Shown in pieces: positions 56,568-64,000 of a stretch of DNA of 64,000 bases (the first letter of the stretch is position 1; each line of letters begins with the position of its first letter). A model generated the notes under the pieces. The model worked only from the letters and a program-made list of their open reading frames with translations. It was not told the DNA's origin and made no database searches. The translations under genes were made by a program, and so were the position numbers. The DNA lies in assembly GCA_050613775.1 (NCBI GenBank), contig JBODTK010000120.1, positions 62,001 through 126,000 on the forward strand, given 5' to 3'. This stretch comes from Neocallimastix sp. 'constans' (taxonomy: Eukaryota).

Positions 56568-57396
56568 TTAATATAAATTTATTTAGAGTTAATTTTTTTT
56601 TATGTTATAAATTGAATGTTCTATATTTAGTAATATTATTATTATTGTTATTATTATTATAAATTATTAATCCAATGTTAATCAATAGCACAGATGTGAA
56701 TCCATTAACAAGAACATTGGGAACATTGTTAGATTTACTCTATAGAAACATAAGTCATGTCTATATGGAAATTTTTTAAACTTTAAAAATAATTTTATTT
56801 TATTTTAATTAATTTTTAATTAATTTTTAATTAATTTTTTTATATTATTTTAAATTTTATACTCAAATAAATTCAATTAAATTAAATAATATATATATAA
56901 TCTAGTTTTTTTTTTTTTTTTAATTTTTTTAATTTTTATTAATTTTTTTTTAAATAAGTATTAAAAAAGAAATTTAAAATTTTTTTATTTTTCTATTTTT
57001 ATTATTACCATTTTAATTTAATTGGTTTATAATTCTACTAAAAAATAAAAATAATAATTAATTTTTTTCATATTTATATAAACTAATTTATGTTTTAAAA
57101 GTATTAATTAGTTTTTTAATAATTCAGCGGCCAGTACAAATAAATATATTTAAAATTATTTTAATAAATTGATAGACAGATAATTAAATGGATAAATAAA
57201 TAAACATTCAAATAAATATATAATAAAAAAAATATATAAAAAATAAATATATATATATAATATAGAAATAAATAAATAAAATTTTTCATAACATTCTACA
57301 TATAAATATTATAAAGTTATTTTATTTATATTTCTTTAATATTAAGAATATACATAGGAAATTTTTAAATTTTTAAAATTAAAAAAAAAAAAGTTT

Positions 57397-57636
57397 TATA
57401 ATTAAATAAATTAGTAAAAAATAATGTAACAAAAAAATGTATAATTGATGAAAAATTATAATAAAAATAATGTAACAAAATATTATAATTAAATAAATTA
57501 GTAAAAAATAATGTAACAAAGTATTATAATTAAATAAATTAGTAAAAAATAATGTAACAAAATAACTATAATTGATGAAAAATTATAATAAAAATAATGT
57601 AACAAAATAATGTATAATTGATGAAAAATTATAATT
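57397..57636. repeat. 41-46 bp minisatellite with two variant unit types, 5-6 copies
   Basis: AAAATAATGTAACAAA core five times, followed by either TATAATTAAATAAATTAGT or ATAATTGATGAAAAATTAT. Confidence 0.85.
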
Positions 57637-57644
57637 TTTAGTTT

Positions 57645-57790
57645 ATGATTTGTTGACTGATCCATGGTTCCGTTTGTTCTCCCGTTGTAATGGCATTCAT
57701 TTGTTAAATGACCACGTTGGTTACAAATATGACAGTATTTGTTTGGAATTCTTCATTGAAAATTATTTTGTCTGTGGCTTTTATACCTAT
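57645..57790 (-). mobile_element. Gag-type zinc knuckle fragment of a retroelement
   Basis: Minus strand RIPNKYCHICNQRGHLTNECHYNGR contains C-X2-C-X4-H-X4-C at 57734-57693. Confidence 0.7.
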
Positions 57791-57799
57791 TATTTCTGT

Positions 57800-58759
57800 T
57801 AAATACTAGGTCTAAATCCATGGGATCCAGTTAAAACCTAAATTTAAATGAGGAGTATTCAAGGCCGAGCTTTGAATAGATTTCTAGTATTTATAAATTT
57901 GAAGTTATCGTCATTCGTACTTTTTAATTCCTTGGAATTTTAGCAACATCAGTCCAATAAGATTCAATAACATCTCTGAATTTAGTGATATTCTATTTCC
58001 TGATTTTCTTGTAGAGGCACTAGTGATTTTTTTTCAACCATGAACAACGTGGCACGGAAGGGGTATGAATTATGAGATCTTTAATGATACATTTTGAATT
58101 TCTACAATTTACAAAAGTCCTTTATTTGAAGAGAAGCACAAAAGCCAGCAATTGGAAATACTTAAAGATCACGAGATAAGGCATAAATACTAACCGTTGA
58201 GTTCTTTTTGAATTAACTCTTAAACATTTTTTCTTCTTTTTGATATTAAGATAATCTTCCTTATTCGAGGAGTCAGAATCAATACACCACAACAATGCTG
58301 GTGTTAATTAAGGATTATACATTCTTAGAATTGTTTTTGTTTGAACCTAAAAGTGGAGCAAGATATATAATGTTTTGCTTATAATACATGATTGAATAAT
58401 AGACTTTTTTTTAAATGTTAATGGACCTTTATTATTGGATAAAAAAAAAACTAGTGAAAGAAAATAAAGGATTTTCTAACTTTAGTATTAATATAAGTTG
58501 ATAATAGGCTCAAGAGGAAAGATCATCTAGAAAAGGTAAAGATTTATTTCTGTAAATTTCTAATTCTTTATAGGTAAAGATCCAGAGAGAAAAGCTAGGT
58601 ACTCTAACACCACAACATGGGCAACATTTAGGGTAATCTTCTGAGACTATTTTTCATTTAATGGAAATACTAATGTCGTATTTAAAAAAAAAAAAAAAAA
58701 TTAAAAATAATTTTAAAAAGAGATAAACTATGAATACATTAAGATAAAAAATAAAATAC

Positions 58760-58791
<32 letters not shown>

Positions 58792-59160
58792 TAATTTTTA
58801 AAGTATAGAGAGGTACCTAATTATAAAAAATAAAAAATAAAAAATAAAAAATAAAAAATAAAAAGGTAAAATCTTTTCATTATTTTAAACCACACCTAAT
58901 TCGAGAAATCCAAAAGAATCTCAATTGATACTTAGGATATTAAAATGTTAAATTTTAGATTCCTGAAATAAATCCATAATCATTCTCCTTGTAAATAATT
59001 GCTATTTTAGCTTTTGAGGGTTTGAAGATGTCTCTTTCCCAATAAAGCTTTTTTATTTCACTTGTTTTCTTACCATTTAATTTTTTATCTAAAGTCCTTG
59101 ATTCTTTAGTCCATGAGTAATGTGACATAGTAGAACATTATAATTCATGATTGAGAAAAC
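57800..59160 (-). mobile_element. Two fused, decayed LINE-like ORF2 fragments related to the 39.2-40.5 kb relic
   Basis: 59160-58530: HYSWTKESRTL, FFWISRIRCG, IVSEDYPKCCPCCG..SFSLWIF. 58530-57800: EPII..NTKVRKS..SIIQSCIISK..LAPLLGSNK..SIYALSRDL..PIAGFCAS..CIIKDLI. Confidence 0.8.
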
Positions 59161-59860
59161 CAAGCTGTTCAGGTCTAATATAATTATGTTCAAAAGTATA
59201 ATAATAATAATAATAAGATATATTTAAAAAATTATTTAATAATTTAATATTTTGAACATAATAATATACAACTACTACTCTTTTTTTTTTTTTATTAGTA
59301 ATGAGCATTTTTATTAAAAAAAAATATCTTTCAATAATATATGTATATATAATAATTAATATAAATATATATTTAAAACATAATTATTATTATTTTTTTT
59401 CTAAATATTTTATAACAATTAATAATTTATAAAATATATAATAAAAAATAATTATATATTTATTTCGTATATCTTTTATTATATATATATATATATATAA
59501 TTAAAAATAAACCTAATTAACATTTCATTCAAACGAAAAAACACTTAGAATAATTTATTTCATATAATAAATAAGAAGCTTTTAAATACTTTATTATTAT
59601 TATTATTATTATTATTTTGCATAAAAATTTACGGATAATATTTATTTTACAATGTATTTTTCATTTACAATGAATGTAACTAATATTTTTTATTGTAATA
59701 ACATTGAAAAAAAAAGGTTAATCTATAAAGTTATAAAATAGTATTGAAATCAGTAATGTTGTAGTAGGTTAATTATTATTATTATTATAATTATTACTAT
59801 TTTATATTAATAATGAAAAGTATGGATTATTAATAATTTTTTTCTATTCTACTTTTATTT

Positions 59861-60093
59861 TTATTTTAGACAAACATCTTCAAGTAAACTGTTTATCTCG
59901 GTTTCGTGTATATAATTTACTAATTTAAATATATTTATTCTTTCTTTTTTTGGTAATAACGGATTTCCTATATTGTAGGATACATTTGGACATTTTATAT
60001 TGTTATAGGATGTAGCATTAAAATAAGAGGAATTGTCATAATCCTTTTGGTGGTATACTTTCTTTGGTAAAATAAGGAAGTGACCCTCTTTTA

Positions 60094-60124
<31 letters not shown>

Positions 60125-60855
60125 ATTAATATATTAATGTTAAAAGTTGTTTTATGGATTTAAAATGTTATATAATTATATATATATTTATTACCTGTTG
60201 TAAATAATGCATTGGTATATCTTGTATTAATTATATTATCTATATGATATTTTTTTTAGTAATTATAATTATTATTATTTTATTTATTATTATTATTTTT
60301 TTATGTAAAATTTAAAATATATATATATATATATATAATATTATATTACCTTCATCAAATAATAAATATAAATATTTTAATGATTCACTAATGAAAAAAC
60401 TTTCCATTCTATCTTCTTTACTATAACTGGTTAATGGATTTAATTGTGCAAATCCACATTCTGTTCTGCATAATCTTTCTAAATCATTTAATACCATTTC
60501 TCCGATTTCTAAATAATATGGATCTTTTGTGGCCTTTATTATTATTATTGTTGTTGTTATTGTTATAATTTTAATTATAAAATTAATATTAGGACTTAAA
60601 TAATAACTTTTTTTTTTTTGCATTAAATCAATTACATTTTTAGAATATATATGTATTTTTTATTATTATTACTATTATTACTACTACTATTATTATTACT
60701 ACTATTACATTACTATTACTACTATTACTACTACTACTACTACTACTGTTACTATGTTACTACTATATTTATATCTATTGCTAGTACTATTAATTATTTA
60801 ATAATTATTAGTATTATTACTATTACTTTTATTACTATTATTATTTCTTTTATTA

Positions 60856-60939
<84 letters not shown>

Positions 60940-61357
60940 TTTTTTTTAGAAGTTTATATACCTGATAAAGCATATAATTGGATTCGATAAATTCACTATT
61001 GAAAAATTAAGGTATATAAAATAATTATATATAATTAAAAATAATAAAACAAGAGTGTCAATAGATTTAATAATATATATTATTATATATAATATATATA
61101 ATATATATTTTTTTTTATTAATAATTATTTTGAAATAGGTATAAAATAACTTACGGTCTTAAGAAATACGAATTGGCGCTAACTGATTTCATTAAAAAGT
61201 TATATGATTCAGGTATAGCATGATATTTTCTCCATAACTCAATAAAAATTTGATGAAGATGAATAGCACTATCAATATCACCCATTAAAACCTATATTTT
61301 TATTATTCATATTCATATTCATATTTATATTCATATTATTCATATTATTAGTATTGA

Positions 61358-61427
<70 letters not shown>

Positions 61428-61898
61428 TTATTGGTATTATTATTTAATAAAGTAAAATATATTATATATGTTTTATTGTAAATAAACAATTTAATTGATA
61501 AATCAATTATTACTTGTACACCTGGGAAAAAAGCAGTTAATCTAAATATTTATATATTATATAAATTAAAATATGGTTAATATCATTATCATTATTATCA
61601 TAATAATAAAGGTTAATTTTAAAATTCAATAAAATCCTAATAAATATTATTACCCATCCATACTGTAGGCATAATGACTTCCGGTTCTCATATTTACTTT
61701 TACATATAAACCATCTTGGGTCCTTATATTTTTTTTAATGGCTTCATAGGATTTAACAAACATGGTTAAATAATCAGGATCACCAAATAAAATATATCCT
61801 TTAAGCATATACTCACTTATATATTATTGATTTAATATATATAATGTATAAAAAGAAAAAAAAAATTTTTTTTATTATATTAATTTGTTAATTTTAAC

Positions 61899-61960
<62 letters not shown>

Positions 61961-62244
61961 GTGTAATAAAAATAAAATAATATAGGTTATAAAATTTACA
62001 AAATAGAATCTATACCAGCTCCGACACTTGTTATCTCACCACTCCACTAATATATTTAATAGAAAATTCATTAATATATTATAAAAAAAAAAAAACAATA
62101 AATAAATAAATATCATTTCATTTTATTTATTTAGTTTATTTATATTTTTATTAAATAAATATACATACATTTGATGTAGAAGAGTCGATCATATCTCCTA
62201 ACAAATCTAATGAAGATCTGTTATTCCATATTTTAAATAAAGCC

Positions 62245-62276
<32 letters not shown>

Positions 62277-62330
62277 CATTAGTATTAATATTAATATTAC
62301 TACTATAATTTATGTATTTACATTTCTCTT

Positions 62331-62363
<33 letters not shown>

Positions 62364-62818
62364 CTTTTCTATTATTTTCCTTTGACAAAAAAAATTAATC
62401 TAATCATCTATATTGTTATTCTAATAGAAAATTTAATTATTTAAAATATATATATACCTTTCTTGCAAAATTCTATTTTAAAATATTTAATATATATATA
62501 TATATTTATTATTTTAATAAATACTACTGAATTGATATATATATATATATATTTGTATTAACCTCAAATCTTGTATCTCCTGTTAATCTACTTAAAGTTC
62601 CAAATTCTAAAATAAATGTACCTGCTCCTGCAGAACAATTATATAATGTGTCTGTATTGACGGAAGCTCCACTTTTTAGGTTGACCTAATAATAATTTAA
62701 CAAATACATTTATATATTTATTAATTTCAGGTATATATGTAAGCTTTTTTTTTTTTTTTTAATGAATAATTATGCTTTATTATTAATAGTTATGATTAAT
62801 TATTATTTGTTATTGTCA

Positions 62819-62857
<39 letters not shown>

Positions 62858-63424
62858 AAGATAATTAACCTTATTTAATGGAATTTCTGATGTCGAATTA
62901 TAGAAAGCTGGTAATAATCTTTTTCCTAAATCATAAGCTAGATTTAATAATTCATCATTATAATTGTCTAATTTAACACCATAATCATCATTTATTGCAA
63001 ATAAATGTCCTGCTAGAAGTCCTCCTAAAATTCTAATATTACTTTCAAATGTGCTTACTTGACTATCTATATCAAAATTTACTGTATGGATCACTTTATT
63101 AACAGCATTTTCAAATGCCTTTTTATCTCCAATAATAGCTAAAGTATCCAAGGAATCAATGAGTGTCAATGTATAGTTTCCTAATATATCATTCACACCA
63201 TAATTATTTTCATTCTCAAAATCTCTATCTTTACCATCACATGCTAATGGATGTAATTCATCTGAAGGAAAAGCATAGTTCATATATCCATTAAAAGCAT
63301 GAAATATCATCTCTTCCACTTTTTCTTTCAATTCATTTTTTCGTTTAATTGTCATTCCATTTGAAATAATTACAAATATAATAGATAATATTAAAAATTG
63401 AATACTTAATTTAAATTTTAGCAT
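59861..63424 (-). CDS. Glycoside hydrolase family 47 alpha-1,2-mannosidase-like protein (EDEM/Mnl1 type), about 543 aa; exons 63424-62870, 62685-62563, 62472-62458, 62243-62169, 62046-62000, 61815-61654, 61541-61514, 61291-61155, 60995-60962, 60533-60350, 60239-60195, 60087-59861
   Basis: Signal peptide; YAFPSDELHPLAC, LTLIDSLDTL, FESNIRILGGLL, AGAGTFILEFGTLSRLTGD, GAGIDSIFEYMLK, AFFPGVQ, LRPEFIES, EDRMESFFISESLKYLYLLF, FTTEGH. Eleven GT-AG introns give a continuous 1632-nt frame. Confidence 0.93.
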
Positions 63425-63630
63425 TTTTTTTTTATATATATATATATATATATGTTTTGTTTTTATATATATATATTCCTTCAATGATAATAATTTTAAT
63501 TATTTTATACAATTTATTTAATTTATATAAATATAAATATATTAATTTTTTTAAAAAAAAATAAAAAAAAAAAAATTATTTGGTCCAATATAAAAATTTT
63601 AAACTTTAAATAATGTTTTAATATAAATAA

Positions 63631-63663
<33 letters not shown>

Positions 63664-64000
63664 AATTTTGAATTTTGAAAATATATAATAATTTAACAAT
63701 AAATAAATAATTTCTATTTTTATATAAGCTAAATTGTATAAGAGAAATAGCAATTTTTTAAATAATAATTAAATTTCAATAATACTTTAATTATTATTTA
63801 AAAAATAAAATTCAATAATACTTTCAATAATATTTTTTTTATTATTATTAGCTTTGGAAGTGTTTCTTAGTTCTAATTCAGAATAGGTGTCTTTTCCATA
63901 ACCTATATACAATATAAATAGTTATATTTACATATTGTCGTGGTTGAAAAATTTTTTAATAAATTAAAATATACTTTATAAAGTTTTAAATTATTAAATT

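Noticed and set aside
60651..60965. Poly-Leu/Tyr ORF
   Set aside because: Antisense reading of (TTA)n/(CTA)n repeats inside a mannosidase intron.
29932..63424. ERD2, UBA1 and EDEM as an ER quality-control gene cluster
   Set aside because: Housekeeping genes spread over 33 kb with unrelated genes between; no evidence of co-regulation.
62852..63484. ORF-track start of the mannosidase at 63484
   Set aside because: Non-ATG start in TA-repeat sequence; ATG at 63424 directly precedes the signal peptide.

Overview
Extremely AT-rich eukaryotic genomic DNA with GT-AG introns, long poly(A)/poly(T) tracts and (AAT)n/(AATAAAT)n microsatellites. Composition and gene style suggest an anaerobic gut fungus (Neocallimastigomycota); this is inference. 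I could reconstruct eight protein genes by hand: an intronless 2455-aa RhoGEF (DH-domain) protein, a 3-exon DEDDh exonuclease of the Gfd2/YDR514C/QIP type, a single-pass membrane SH3 protein, ERD2 (4 exons), UBA1 (9 exons), a 2-exon low-complexity membrane protein, a full-size ABCB/MDR transporter (2 exons) and a 12-exon GH47 EDEM/Mnl1-like mannosidase with micro-exons. The window also holds tRNA-Ser(GCU), a dead tandem copy of the exonuclease, an ankyrin pseudogene, an unidentified pseudogene, two clusters of decayed non-LTR retrotransposons and many tandem repeats. I found no clear multi-gene novel system. The best leads are: a DH domain whose last helix may be displaced by about 540 aa of Asn-rich insert, the QIP-like nuclease and its inactivated twin, CC/GG-depleted islands that may record targeted hypermutation, purine-rich 3' splice sites with no CAG acceptors, a degenerate 45-60 bp array and two candidate structured RNAs.
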